A stretch of 64,000 nucleotides of DNA from Octopus sinensis (taxonomy: Eukaryota). The stretch spans positions 22,630,001 to 22,694,000 of the forward strand of contig NC_043013.1 in assembly GCF_006345805.1 (NCBI RefSeq). Reading direction: 5' to 3'. The position numbers and the translations under genes are program-made. Positions 1-14,044 of the stretch are shown here, piece after piece; within the stretch, counting starts at the first letter, position 1; every line of letters begins with the position of its first letter. The notes under the pieces were generated by a model that was given only the letters and a program-made list of their open reading frames with translations, had not been told where the DNA came from and made no database searches.

Positions 1-145
1 TTTTTTTTCTCTGTGAAATAGAATTTCAAGAGTGATATTTTTTTTCTTTTATGTCAATATTTTATAAAATTATATTCTTTTTTTTTCTACTTGGAAACAT
101 TAATAATGATAGTGATTATAATAGTAATAATAAACTAAAATATTA

Positions 146-694
146 CGAGGATGAGTAAAAAGGTAATGCCATTTTGTTTAGGACAGGTATAATTACCAAT
201 ACAGGACCATGTATCATACATCAAAATGAAGCTGGTTCTCTGAGGATCACATCCTTACTCCTCAACATAGTCACCGTTTCTCTCAATAGTAATGTTCCAC
301 CTTTGAATGAGAACATATATCCCTGCCCTGTAAAATTCTGTTGACTGTTCTTTGAGCCACTTCTTCACTACAGTTTTCACTTCCTTGTCACTGGAATAAT
401 GTTTGCCTCCCAAACCCTCTTTCATGGGACTGAAGAAATGATAGTCCAGTGATGAGGAAGTGAAAACAGTAGTGAAGAAGTGGCTCAAAGAACAATCAAC
501 AGGATTTTACAGGGCAGGGATACATGCTCTCATTTGAAGGGGGAACATTGTTATTGAGGGAAACAGAGACTATGTTGAGAAGTAGTGATGTGATCCACAG
601 AGGACCAGCTTCATTTTGATGTATGATACATGTTACTGTGTCGGTAATTATATTTGTCCTAAACAAAATGGCATTACTTTTTGACTCACCCTCG
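146..694. mobile_element. Mariner-derived non-autonomous fold-back element (two inverted transposase 3' ends, TA-flanked)
   Basis: TA|CGAGG...CCTCG|TA ends. Arms 146-395 and 445-694 are inverted copies, each encoding mariner C-terminal peptide (SSD[K/E]EVKTVVKKWLKEQ...GDYVE). Confidence 0.9.
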
Positions 695-768
695 TAATTA
701 GTATATATAATTAGTATAACGCATCTGATTCTTAACCTGCGTCCGTTTTACCACATGTGGCTTTATAG

Positions 769-831
769 GAACCTGATGATGGCAATATCCATGGCGATGA
801 GATCTATTACATGCCCAAGTACACCTCCAAG
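769..831 (+). CDS. PLCG1: PLCgamma exon: cSH2-SH3 linker ([21 protein letters not shown])
   Basis: ctttatAG acceptor, AAG|GTAATG donor, 63 nt, phase 0/0 fits the next exon. Resembles the EPD...Y..MP.(T/S)K linker preceding PLCgamma SH3. Confidence 0.78.
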
Positions 832-896
832 GTAATGTGGTCACCTGCAATTGTCACACATACTACAGCTTCTCTCTCTCTCACTCTCTCTCTCTC

Positions 897-932
<36 letters not shown>

Positions 933-2289
933 AGCTCAGCTTTTTTCATTTACTCTTTTTTTTCCTTTCACTTATTCTCATGCCCTCTCACTCAGTCTTT
1001 CTTTCTGAAATTGTGTAACATCAGCTTCTCCCTCTCTTAGCTTACTCCTCCTCATTCATTTATCGTTCTCTCTCTCTCTCTCTCTCTCTCACTCTCAGTA
1101 CATCCAGGGTAATTTGCTCATCTGGAATTCTTGTCCATACTACAGCAAGATTCTTTCTCCCTTGCTCTCCCTCCCTCTCTCTCTTCTCGCTTTCTTTCCT
1201 CCATTCTCTCTCTCTTTCACCCAGTCTTCCTCTCTTGCTCTTTCTTCCCCAAATATGTCTTCTGTTAGATGTGTATATATTACTTGAAGACTTCCATTAG
1301 CTGTGTATGTGTGTGTGTTTGTGTGTATACATATATATATATATGTGTGTTTGTGTGTATACATACATATATATATATGTGTGTGTGTGTGTGTGAGTAT
1401 ATAAATATATATGCGTCTGACCCATGCAAGCACGGAAAACAGATGTTAAACGATGATGATGATGGTGTGTGTGTATATGTATGTATATGTGTATATATAT
1501 ATGTGTATATATATATGTGTGTGTGTGTGTGTATATATGAAGATCTTAATTAGTTGAGGACCTTTCTTGTTTTTCCAATATCACCCTTATCTCTCTCTCT
1601 CTCCCCCTCTCACCTCTTTCTTTTCCTTCTCTCTGTCTCTGATTTCAACCCATAACACTTGTTACTCTTCTTTTCAAAGCCTCCTTTTTTTCCACAGACT
1701 TCCCCTCTCTCTCTCTCCCTCTCCACATACCTACCTAACCTACACCCCCACCCCTTCTATGTCTCTAATATCATCCTTTGGTCTGCATTAATCTTCTTTC
1801 TCGTTATCTTCATTATCTCCAAATTGTCCGTTTAGTCTTCGATTTTAATCCTGCCGCTCTCTTCGCTCCACCTGTGCATATTTAAACACCACCTTCACCG
1901 CCGCCAACAGCAATTCCTAATGATACCACAACTACTACCAAGACTATCAGACTTTGGCCAATGGCACCAAATATTCTTTATCATTGCTCATGGCTAACTT
2001 AATAACTCTCTACTTTTCTAATTTGCATTTCACTGAAATATTCTAATTATGTCTAATTTCCCTGTATTTAACCAAAATACTTATGATTTTTATTTATTTA
2101 TTTATTTATTTATTTATTTGACCCCTGATTTTAAATAGGGAGCTTTGCGTGTGCATATGTGTATACATATACATACACCACCATGTGTATGTATGTGTGT
2201 GTAATGGTGTAAATATGAATCTTGCTTCTTATAAATCTTTCAGATTTTTCTGTTGATTTAACATATTTTGAAATACCCTGTTACTTATG

Positions 2290-2323
<34 letters not shown>

Positions 2324-5300
2324 TAAATGTGTAGCAAATTGTCTGGAATGTTCTGTTGCCAGTTTTGTTTAGAATTTTGAAAGAAAGTCGGAGATATTAC
2401 AACTTTTAAGTAAATGTTGAATAGGCGCAGGAGTGGCTGTGTGGTAAGAAGCTTGCTTACCAACCACATGGTTCTGGGTTCAGTCCCACTGCATGGTACC
2501 TTGGGTAAGTGTCTTCTACTATAGCCTCAGACCGACCAAAGCCTTGTGAGTGGATTTGGTAGATGGAAACTGAAAGAAGCCCGTCGTGTGTGTGTGTGTA
2601 TGTGTCCAACATCACTTGACAACAAATGCTGGTGTGTTTATGTCCCCGTAACTTAGCGGTTTGGCAAAAAGAGACTGATAGAATAAGTACTAGGCTTATA
2701 AAGAATAAGTCTTGGGGTCGATTTGTTCGACAACATGCGGTGCTCCAGCATGGCTGCAGTCAAATGACTGAAACAAGTAAAAGAATAAAAAATATGTGGG
2801 AACAGAATGTACAACTGCAAGTGTTGGATGACAAGAAAGGTATCAAAAGACTTTACTAAAGGATGGTCATTAGTGGCTTAAATGAATGCAGGATTTGTGC
2901 TCAGAATGTGATGTTAACACAACACTGGCCAAGCTACAACTGCCAAGCTCTTTCAAAAAGAGCACAATACTGTTGGGTGGAAGTTTCCACATGTATTCTT
3001 CCGCAGCCAGCTCTAATGGGTCGAAGTGGACATAGCATGGCATGTTACTCAACCACAACCAAATAAATCCCTCCTGGCAGCCTACAAATGTGTGTGTGTG
3101 TGTGTGAGTGTGTGTGATTTCAGACAAATTGCAACACAACTCCAGAATTTCTAATTCTTGCTTGAAGAAGAACTTATGCCATTAAGGAAGCCAAGACAGG
3201 TATGGATGTCACAAGGTTCCATTTATTCTTCCTTTTTAAACCTTAATGAAGTGAACAACTAGCCATATATATATGCTCAGTGTTATATTAGTTAGTTACA
3301 ACCCTCACTGTTCTGAGTTCAAATCCCACCATGAGGTAGTTCACTTGGTTTTTATATTTTATTCCACTTTGGCCTAGTGCAGCCTCCTGACTTCCCAGAC
3401 CCCAGTTGAACCGTCCAACCCATGCTAGCATGGAAAACGGATGTTAAACGATGATGGTGATGATGATGAATCTAGTCCACACTTTCCCTGCAAATTTGTT
3501 GTCTTATGCCAAAGTTAAAAATCATCATCATCGTCATCATCGTAATTATAGGGATAGTTACATGGCAGAATCAGTTGGGCATCAGACATAATGCTTTGTG
3601 CTATTTCATTGAATTCCTGTAAGTTTTGAATTCAAATCCAATCAAGATTGTCTTCTATTCTTCTTAAAATAAAAAAAAAAAAAAAACTAAAAGAAAACGG
3701 TCATAAATTGGGGTTGGAACAGATGATCCATTGAACTTCCTGTTCCCTGCTCCAACATGTGAGGCCTTATTTCCGTGTTAGAAATTATTGTTATTACTGT
3801 TGTTGTTAAGGCAAAGAGCTGGCAGAATTGTTAGCATTTTGGACGAAATGCCTAGTGGTCTTTACATTCTGAGTTCAAATTCTACTGAAGTTAACTTTAT
3901 TTTATTGACCCCCAAAAGAATAAAAACAAAGAACCAATCAAGTTCTGGGATCCCAGTTGACTTTGATCCCCTGCCAGAAATAAAGAAAATGACTGGACTT
4001 GTGCCAAAACTAGCAGCTGCCATTATTATTATTCACATCAAAAGCACTCACTCCACTTTTTGGGGTGGCTGGTGTTAGGAAGGACACCCAACTGTAAAAA
4101 CCCTACCAAAACACACAGTGAAGCAGGGTGCAGTCTTCTGCTTAGCCAGCTCCTGTCAAACCATCCAACCCATGCCAACATGGCAAATGGACGTGAAATG
4201 ATGATGATTATTATTATCATTTTTATTACTATTATTATTATTATAAATTATTGAGCAATGGAATAACAGAATTGATAGACAGAGAATCTCTTTGCTGTAT
4301 TTAATTTTCATAGCCTGCAGAATTAAGCTTTGTGTTTATTTAGCTTGTCCTGAAGTCCATAAAGTAAAATACCAGTCATTTATTGGGAGTCAATTAAATC
4401 TAAACCCCCACCCCACCCAATAGTGTATTACCTTGTGCTTTGTTACAAATTATTATTATTATTATTATTGGGAGAAATGGTAGACTGCTGGAATAAATGA
4501 GTAAAAGTATTCTCCTCTCTCTGTCTTGAATTCAAATTCTGCCAAGTTGGACTTAGCCGTCCTTTTTCTTTAGTTTCAAAATATTAAATACCAGTCAGTT
4601 ACTGATGTCAATCCATTCAACTGTATTTTTCCTGTGGCCTCTTATCACTCTGAAATCATATTTAATTCTAACAATTATTGCAACTCTTGCTCTTGTATTT
4701 TTTTTTTTCCAATCCAATTCATTTTTCAACATTTTGTCATGTTCCTCTTTATGCAACACGTATAAACTGCATGAACACAACTGTTTGTTTTGCCTGCATG
4801 TATATATATATATATATATATATTATACACCTCCTTGCTATGCACTGTGCCAGCTTCATCTTATTCTCCACACTATAGTTGAGCTGCTTCAAAAGTTGCT
4901 ACACAATATGCTATGAACTTTCTCTGCCCTTTTCTCTATCTTTTCACTCCTTATTTTCAGCAATGTTGTTGCTTTATCAGTTTCCCAATGTTGCATGACT
5001 CCATGTGTTTTTGAGACTTTTCTGCTTATTTCATTATATTTAAACAACTTAATTTTTCACATTGATGAACATGTTTATGATGTAATACAATTTGATATGT
5101 GGTAAGATTTGGGTGGAAGAGAAACACAGAGATGTTGCATAAGTTGAGCTGTGGAGTTGCAGCCCTAAGTGTGTGCGCACGCGTGCACACACACACACAC
5201 GTGCGCATGTATACAAACATAGAATTGCCAAGTGAGTTGGTATTTAACAGAAAATAAAATAAATCTCCGACACAGAAGCTGTGAAAACAGCTTAGAAGAA

Positions 5301-7765
5301 TGGGGAAAAACCCTTAGAAAATGGGGGGGAAAAGTGCCCAGCAGGCCACTGCAGAGAATCTAACCCTATACTTTTTAAATTCCAATTGAGTCCTCTGCGC
5401 CCTTTTAAGCATTTCTTGACAACAAATGCCATCTTTTGTAATGTTAGATGATAGCTTTTGGAATGTGAGAACAGTTTTTTTATGAACAAAAACTTAGGAG
5501 TGCCAATTTAAAAGGTACAGAATTTGATTCTCTGCAGTGGCTTGCTGGACACCTCCCCCACCATCACCACCACCATCTTCTAAGCTGTTTTCACAGCTAT
5601 TCTGCATACAAGATTGTCTCTATTCTCTACAAACATACATACATACACACATACATACACACATACATACACACACACACACACACACATACACACACAC
5701 ATACACACACACACACACACACACATACACACACACATACATACACACATACATACACACACACACACATAAACACATACATACATACTGTTTAACAGAG
5801 AATATTGGGTTAATTTGTCCACAAGCAGCTTGGATTATATCCTTCTCTATGTGTTTATGCATACCTGGATGTGTGTGTGTGTATGTATGTGGCATACAAT
5901 TTGATTCTGTCTGTCTTTTTGTGTATTTATGCATAGATATTGCACACAGTTTGTTTTATGTTTTATTTTGTATTTTCATTGTTGATGGCCTTTGAATCAT
6001 TTGTCCATAGTCTCTGTTGTGACATGATGGGTATTTACACTTCAGATTGACGTTGAGCTCTGAATCAATGGATTGGACTGGCTTTCCTCAAAGACCAGGA
6101 AATGCAAAGAAACAAATATCTTGGCTGCTGCTTTTATATAACTAAGGGTCATGGATGGATGAGGAAGAAATGGTGGTTCTTGTCTTGGTGCTGATGCCAC
6201 ATTGAGTACTGGGGGTTTGGTGTTCCTTTCCATTTTGCTATCTTTTGGTATTGCAAGGAATTCCTGTTCACTGCTCTAAACAGAATGGGAGTAGTTGTGT
6301 TCATTTGAAATACTGACTTAACCTTAAACCATGAGAGCAAAGCAGACACTCATAGACCTGATGTGGTTAGTAAGGCAAGAGATTTTTTTTATTAAAAATC
6401 ATCAAAATTATAACTTTAGTGATCAGCACAAGTATTTTCTTATCTCCCCTTTGGAAACATAAAGACAACAGGCCAATGAACCAACAAGACAGCCTCTACA
6501 TAGTTGTTAGACTTGCTAGAAATAGTAGCCAAACCCTACTGTTTTTAAGAACAGGTTGACTAATGTGGCTTTGCATATGTCCCTTGCATACAGGAAAAGA
6601 CTGGGGAGCCATGGTTGGAACACCTTTCTTCATAGGTCACAACTCAGCAGCTAAAGCTAAAATACCTGGAAAAAGAAAAAGAAAAACAACTACCACTTCC
6701 TCACACCACCACTACCATCCCTGTCACTCCAACCAGATTGTCTCATCCCTTTTTATGGTTTTCCGCTGCTACAATTTCCCATGTTTTCTCATTGATTCAA
6801 TTTTACAGAACTCAGATGCTTCTGCTCTCTGTCTACTCCGAAGGACAGGTTCCAATTTCAGCTGGTTCTCTCTCTCTGTCTCTCTCTTCAGGTGAAAGTA
6901 AAAGCTATCCAAGACTACCAAGCCAAGCGACCGGATGAATTGTCATTCCGAAGAGGGTCCATTGTGAATAATGTCCATAAACAAGAAGGGGGATGGTTAG
7001 TGACACCTTTTCTTTTTGCTATCAACAGCTTTATGTCTGTCTCTCTTTCTTTTTATCTTTGTGGTTGGCGGGAGGGGGGGCGCATGGTCAAGAGACCAAG
7101 GAGTTTGTTTTGTAATTCTGAAGCTCCATAAATTAAATAAGGGTAGAAATTGATATTAATCAATTAAAACCAGTGGCTTAGCATATTTTAAAAAAATCCG
7201 AAGATTAAAAATTATTTTACATACATTGTTTTACATTTTTAAATAAAAAATGTTCTCTAACCGGTAAATTGACTGCTGTAGTTTATTAACTGCAGAGTAG
7301 TTTCCAATCTCAGTGCGCCAAAGTGAAGTCATTTGAAAGATACACTTAAATATAATTTGTAGAACGTTATACATGCTGGATTTCGGTTGAGCATTCTGTA
7401 TCTAGTTCAGGAAATTGTGTTTTGTAAATGACAGACTATGCTGATGATCTTGCAGATGTTTGCGTGTCCATATATGTAAATATTAACAAGTGAAACCAAT
7501 GGTACATAGGTAATCGTTTTTTATTTCGTATATTTTCATTTGTCTTGCTTATTTTTACAATTTGGTTTTTTGCACACATTATTCGTGGTAATGGCGATTT
7601 GGCATCTATGTTTAGCATGTAGGCTGTCCACTTTTAGTGGTCAGTCCTCTAAATTTTGTATGTGTATGTGTGTGTGTGTATATATATTTATGTATGTATC
7701 TATGTATGTATGTACATATTTATGTATATACACACACATGTATATATGTAGGTAGGTTTGTATAT

Positions 7766-7847
<82 letters not shown>

Positions 7848-10800
7848 GTACTCACACAACAGGTTTCTTTCAGTTTCCATCTACCAAATCCACTCACAAG
7901 ACTTTTGGTCAGCTGAGGCTGTATTAGAAAACACTTGCCCAAGGTGCCACGCAGTGGGACTGAACCCAGAACCATGTTGTTGGGAAGCAAGCTTCCTAGC
8001 ACACAGCCACACTTGCACCTATCAGTTTGACTTGTTTGTGAATGCTGTGAGTGAATGCAATCCCAGCAAACATAACAACTGAGTGGCTGTAGCACAACAG
8101 TTCCTGAGATTTTCAACACAAAATGGTTGTTTATTCTCAGGTCTGCATTGAAGAAATAGATTTATGCTCAAAAGTCTTTCAGAAAATTCTTTGGCGTTGC
8201 CGCTCAGTTACTAGTGTCTCTAAAGCTTAAGTATGGCCTGTATTTGAATGCTGACCACGTATCTAAAATAGTACTTCTGCTACACACAAACATAACAGGT
8301 GCCATCCAGAGAATGCCACCCTGCTGATCAAGAGATCTACCCTCAACAATGCCCTACATCTACACCCCACCACATGTGCTATCCTTCCTCCCTCTTCTTA
8401 TTTTCCAATTCTTAACTCATTTGATGCACCTACCTTTCTTTCCATTGCCATCATCATCATCATCATCGTTTAATGTCCGCTTTCCATGCTAGCATGGGTT
8501 GGACGATTTGACTGAGGACTGGCGAACCAGATGGCTGCACCAGACTCCAATTTTGATTTGGCAGAGTTTCTACAGCTGGATGCCCTTCCTAATGCCAACC
8601 ACTCACAGAGTGTAGTAAAAAAACATTGCTGGCATCGGTCACGTTCGGATGGTGCTTTTTTCTTGCCACCGGCACAGATATCACAACTACAATTTCCATT
8701 TGATATATTTATTGCAATTCATTTCACAATCCTCTCACTAAATACTCCACTCCCCCCTCTCTCTCTCTCTCTTTCTAAATTACAATTCTCTGAAACAATC
8801 TTTCTACCCACATTTTCATGAACCCCATTGTTTTCATCCACGAGACTGCTTCTACATTTCTAACAACAGCAACAATTATTGCCAAAATCCCATAAATTTC
8901 CCAAACAGGAATTGATTACCTGAAAGAGAGAAGCACTGGAATATGTTCATCTTTTATTGTTTCAGGTGGCGAGGAGATTATGGCACTGACAAACAGCATT
9001 GGTTCCCTGCCAATTATGTTGAAGAAATTGATGGTTCTGATGATACAGGGGACACTTCTGATCTCGGTTCTTTACAGAAAGGATCCATAGATTTAAAGAA
9101 CAGTATTATAGGTAAGGCCTCTCATTATCCCTTTCTTTCTTCAAAGACAGGAAAGCACTCTTGAAAATGCATTAGAATTCTTTTTTTGTTTGTTTTGTTT
9201 TAACTTCTTGAACTGCGGTCATGTTGGGGGCATAACCTTCAAAATAAGCAGATTATGTTGGGACCACTGCTTTGTCTGGTGCTGGTTTCATTGGACTTAT
9301 AAGGAATAAAGATAGTGTTGGCATGTGTAGGATTTGAACTTAAAACATTAAAGGACATAATCAAACATTCAGAAGGTATTGTGGAGCCTTGCAGCATGAG
9401 TGCACCATTGTACGAGTAATTTGCTGTACAAGCGGAGACCCCTGTGAATTTTTGTCTTAAAGTACAAATAGAAATCCGCAGCATGAGTGAGTTCCATACA
9501 AGCGATTGCTCGTCGGTGCTGGACTCACACACACTCCCCCAACGAGCACAGCCTCCACTCACTCAGTTCGTCTGTTTATCTCATTGTAACCGCATCTCTA
9601 TTGTGTTTTTTCCCAGTGGTTTTACTTTTTTTAGTTTTGTGTGTTTTTTGCTGTTATTTTATGATAATTAGTTGTGTTAGCCAAGGGTCCTAAGAAGGTT
9701 AATGCAAAGGACAATGGTGAGAAGAAGAAAAAGCTGATTACGATAGAACTGAAGAAGGAAATCGTTGATAAACATGAGAGAGCAATGCGTGTAGTTGTAT
9801 GAGCACATAACTACACCTTTTCAGTTTTAAAACCCATAAAAAATGGTTTTGTGGTGGGCTTTTTTAGGGGCTGGAACAGATTAATTATATTTTAATTCAT
9901 TTCAATGGGGAAAATTGATTTATAAAACGAGCTTGATCATGGAACAAATTAAACTCCTTACTGCAAGATATCACTGTATTTTGCCAAACATTAAATATTG
10001 CCAACAGACTGTTCTGGAATCTTTGCCAAAGACATTAATGAAATCAAATAGGTCCAATCCTAAGAACAGTTAAAAGGAATTCTTTCAAATATTAGTTTGA
10101 GATTGGCGAAATAGATATTCTAGTTTTGACTTGTGTGTCCCGAATTTACATCCTGCACCATCGTATGATATATCGATGAGCCAGAAGACATCTGATTTCA
10201 TATACTTACCTACTTCTAATGTGAAGACCCATGATGTAGTTGTACTAGTGATCACTAGAACATGGGTTCGACTCCCAGGCTGAGCAGCACATTGTGTCCT
10301 TGAGTGAAACACTTCATTTCACATTGCTCAGTCCACTTGGCTGTCAATGGATCACCTTGCAACAGACCAGCTTTCCAATCAGCTGGAGAATGTTGGCCTG
10401 CTCACCTAGCCAGCAGGATGGCATCATTCAAAAGCTAAAAAACAATGCAAAGCGCATTGTGACCAGTGATGTATGACAACATCCAATAGTCTGGATATCA
10501 TGATCTACTTATCATAGGAGTCTGCTGCGACTCCTAGGGCTCATAATGCTGGAGATTAACCTGGTTTCCATGGCATGGAAGTGAATGAGATTACAACACA
10601 CTCTCCCACCTGAATGGGATGCCAGTCCATTTCAGGGTTAACTTCCCTTCATTTACATCTGAGTGAACTGGGACAAATGAGAAATGAAGTATTTTGCTGA
10701 AACCGTGATCTTGCAATCACGAGTGCAGCAGCCTAACCACTAAGCCACATGCCTTCACTATCTACTTGTAATGCTTAAGGTGAACTGGCAGAGTCAGTGG

Positions 10801-12435
10801 AGCATCATATGGAAAGCTTTGTGCAGTCTGTTGTGACCTTTTACACTCTGAGTTCAAATTCTGCTGGGGTCAACTTCAGCTTTCGTCCTTTTGGGGTCAG
10901 TAAATAAAGTACGAGTTGTGGTATTGGCAGAACTGTTAGAATATCAGACAAGATACCTTGTTGTGGGTCTTTGCGTTCTGAGTTCAAATCACACCTCCTG
11001 TCAAATGAACAATGAGACTTATATCAGAAATTGCAACTGACAAAAATCAATCGAATTTTAGTTTCATTGGATCAATCAAACAAACAACTGCCACCACCAC
11101 CACTTCATCCATTTATGAAATATTGTTTTCATTTTCACGACACTAGAATTTAATGTGAAAGTGTTTTGACTGCCTTTTCTAGTCAGTCAAATAGCAGTAT
11201 TAAAAGCTTTCTCATTGCTCCATGACCTTCCTTCTTTATGACACTAAGAAAATTTGGCTGCTATTTCTATCAAGCCAGTTGAGAAGCTCCCTTATTTGCT
11301 TATGTCCTTATCTAAAATGGTAATTCAAAGGAAAATTGGTTGCTTGGTGTTAGGGTCTTGGAGTCTTTAAATATACCCCCTTATGTTCTGACTTCAAGTA
11401 TCATCAACAAGAACGACAACACTGTATTTAAATTGTTATTTTTTTTAGCCTGAAATTTTGTGTTTCTGTTTGTATTTCTTCACAGAGAACGTGACCGGTC
11501 CTACCAACCTGTTTGTCTTTAGAATTTATAATTGCTACCAGAACAGTCCACTAGAAATTGGTTGTGAAACTTCAAATGACTTTGTGGAATGGTTCAGTGC
11601 CATCAGCAAGTGCATTGCTTCTGCCAATGAACGGGTAGGTTGAGTTGTTCTTGCCTCTCTTCTATCTTGTATACATTGTTTAATCTTGATTCTGATAAGA
11701 AGAATGCAATTTCCCAAACTATTCAGCCTCACATTTAGAATTTACATTTACTCCTTGGATTCCAATGAATATCAATCTCTTGGACAGGCACAGAGCTGCA
11801 GTTCCTGCAAGCTGTTTGCGTATCTAGGTTTGTGATTAATTGGGGTGGGTGTGTCTTTGTCTCTCCCTCTGCTTAACACATTCACTTCCAACTACAAGTC
11901 ATCGCATAGTTAGCAATCTATACAATTTTTCCATGTCTGCTGTGTTTTATTAACTATTTGTGAGGAATTTGATACTTTTTTTACTAATACTTTATATTTT
12001 ACTTCACAGGTAAATCATGGATTGCAATTAGAACGAACCAAACATATTGCTCAGGAATTTTCTGACCTCATTGTCTACTGTCAAGCTGTTCCTTACAGTC
12101 AGTATTGTTATTATCATCATTATTATTATTAGTTAAGGTAGTGAGCTGGCAGAATCGTTAGCATATTGGGTAAAATGCTTAGCAGCATTCCATCTGTCTT
12201 GGTGTTTTGAGTTCAAATTCCACCAAGGTCGACTTTGCTTTTCGTCCTGCACTTGTTTATTCTGTCATTTGTTTTAGTCATTTAACTACAGCCATACTGG
12301 AGCAGCACTGCTGTTAATGGTTTTATTTATTGAGTAGCTAAGTTCACCTGAGTTATGTCCCATTAGAGTTAACTTCTCTTTACTGATTTAAATATGACTA
12401 GGTGTTATGTACATCAAATTACATCAGAATACATG

Positions 12436-12466
<31 letters not shown>

Positions 12467-13980
12467 AGTAGGTTTCTGCTGCATTTCACTTGCAGGGCAA
12501 TGTCCAAAGCGAAAGTGAAAGACACTTGATCCAAGTTACCCCAGAGTGGAATCAAACCTGAAGTTAGCTGGTTGTGAAGAGAACTTGTGTTTGAACAACA
12601 CAGCCCTTCCTTCACTCATGAATAAAGTTTCTTCCATTGTCGATCACAAAGAATGAAGGTAATTTTGGGCCACATCTATAATACCATAATATTACCATTC
12701 CAGCTGTTCATAAAATTTTTCAGAGTTTGATTCATTCCAAGAAATAGCAATATCAACAACAACAACATTGATGTAACCCATCAATGTCTCTATAGATATG
12801 ATTGCAGTATCGTTCCTACCATTCCAGTGGCATAACATTTGAGTTCACAGACCATTGTTTTTTTTGCGAATGGTTTTATGAAGAAGATGGTAGCATGTCA
12901 GCAAGAATTTGATCAGATTTATGGAAGGAGTTTCAGAGGATTGTCATTTTGGGGTGGAAGGATAAGACAAAATGATCAGCTGAGCAGTAAGACACTGAAT
13001 AAGTGTGATCAGATTGAGACTTGAGTGTTATGGGGTTGGGCATGGGTGGATAGTCTGCGAGAGAACATGAGAACCGACTGAATGATGATGCAGTGTCTCT
13101 TAGTGAGACTTTGTAGTGTTTGTAAAAAGATCTTATAATGAAAGTCTGTTGATTTGAAAAAAAATTCTTCCCTCGTTTATGATTTTGTATATCTTTGACT
13201 GAAGCAGGCAGGATTCTGAAAACTGTTTTTGTTTGTTCATTTTATTTCTGTTTTCCTTCAGAATTTGGTAATTACTATGAAATGTCTTCCCTGCCGGAAA
13301 CAAAAGCTGAGAAGATGACAACCAAGAAAGAAGCAAAATTATTTGCCAAATATCCTTTACTATGAAATCGTCATCCACTTCGTCATCCTCTTCATCATCG
13401 TCATATCCTTCGTCATCGTCATCCTCTTCGTTATCTTCCTCATTGTCATCCCCTTCATCGTTGTCATCATAGCCATCCTCTTTGTCATTGTCATCCTCTT
13501 CAGCATCTTCATCCTCTTCCTCATTGTCATCTGTATCAAAATAAAGAATCATTTTGTTCCATCAGAAATTTTGTTTATTTATAGTTTAGTTTTCATATTT
13601 TGTTTTGTTTTTGGAATTTTTTTTTTTTTGAAACCCAACATAGAGTGGGACCTTATCCTTATTTTCTTATTTTCAGAACCTTCAATATGGTGGGAGTTGG
13701 GGGGGGGAGTAGTCCTCAAACTGCTGTCCTCACCTGAATCCTTGCACTACTATGTCCTGTGTTTAAAGGTTGATAGTGGTGCTAAATCAGGCAATAAGTC
13801 TACCACCAACAGGAATGGTCATTCTGAGGGAGATTTCACCCTCAGAACTTTAATTCAAGGCTGCCATGAAAGACGCTTGACCCAAGGAAACTTCATAACA
13901 TATATTCCAAGCTTATGCCTAGATGCATCTACTTATGTATGTACTTACACACATGCATGCACACACACTCACATATATAC

Positions 13981-14044
<64 letters not shown>

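Noticed and set aside
729-736. TTCTTAAC, a U12-branch-like motif before exon 769
   Set aside because: Imperfect, about 33 nt from the acceptor, and the matching donor is outside the window, so the class cannot be assigned.
5536-6350. Possible extra PLCgamma exons (acceptor at ~5536; ORFs at 6042-6349)
   Set aside because: No PLCgamma similarity, and exons 769-831 and 6892 already join in frame.
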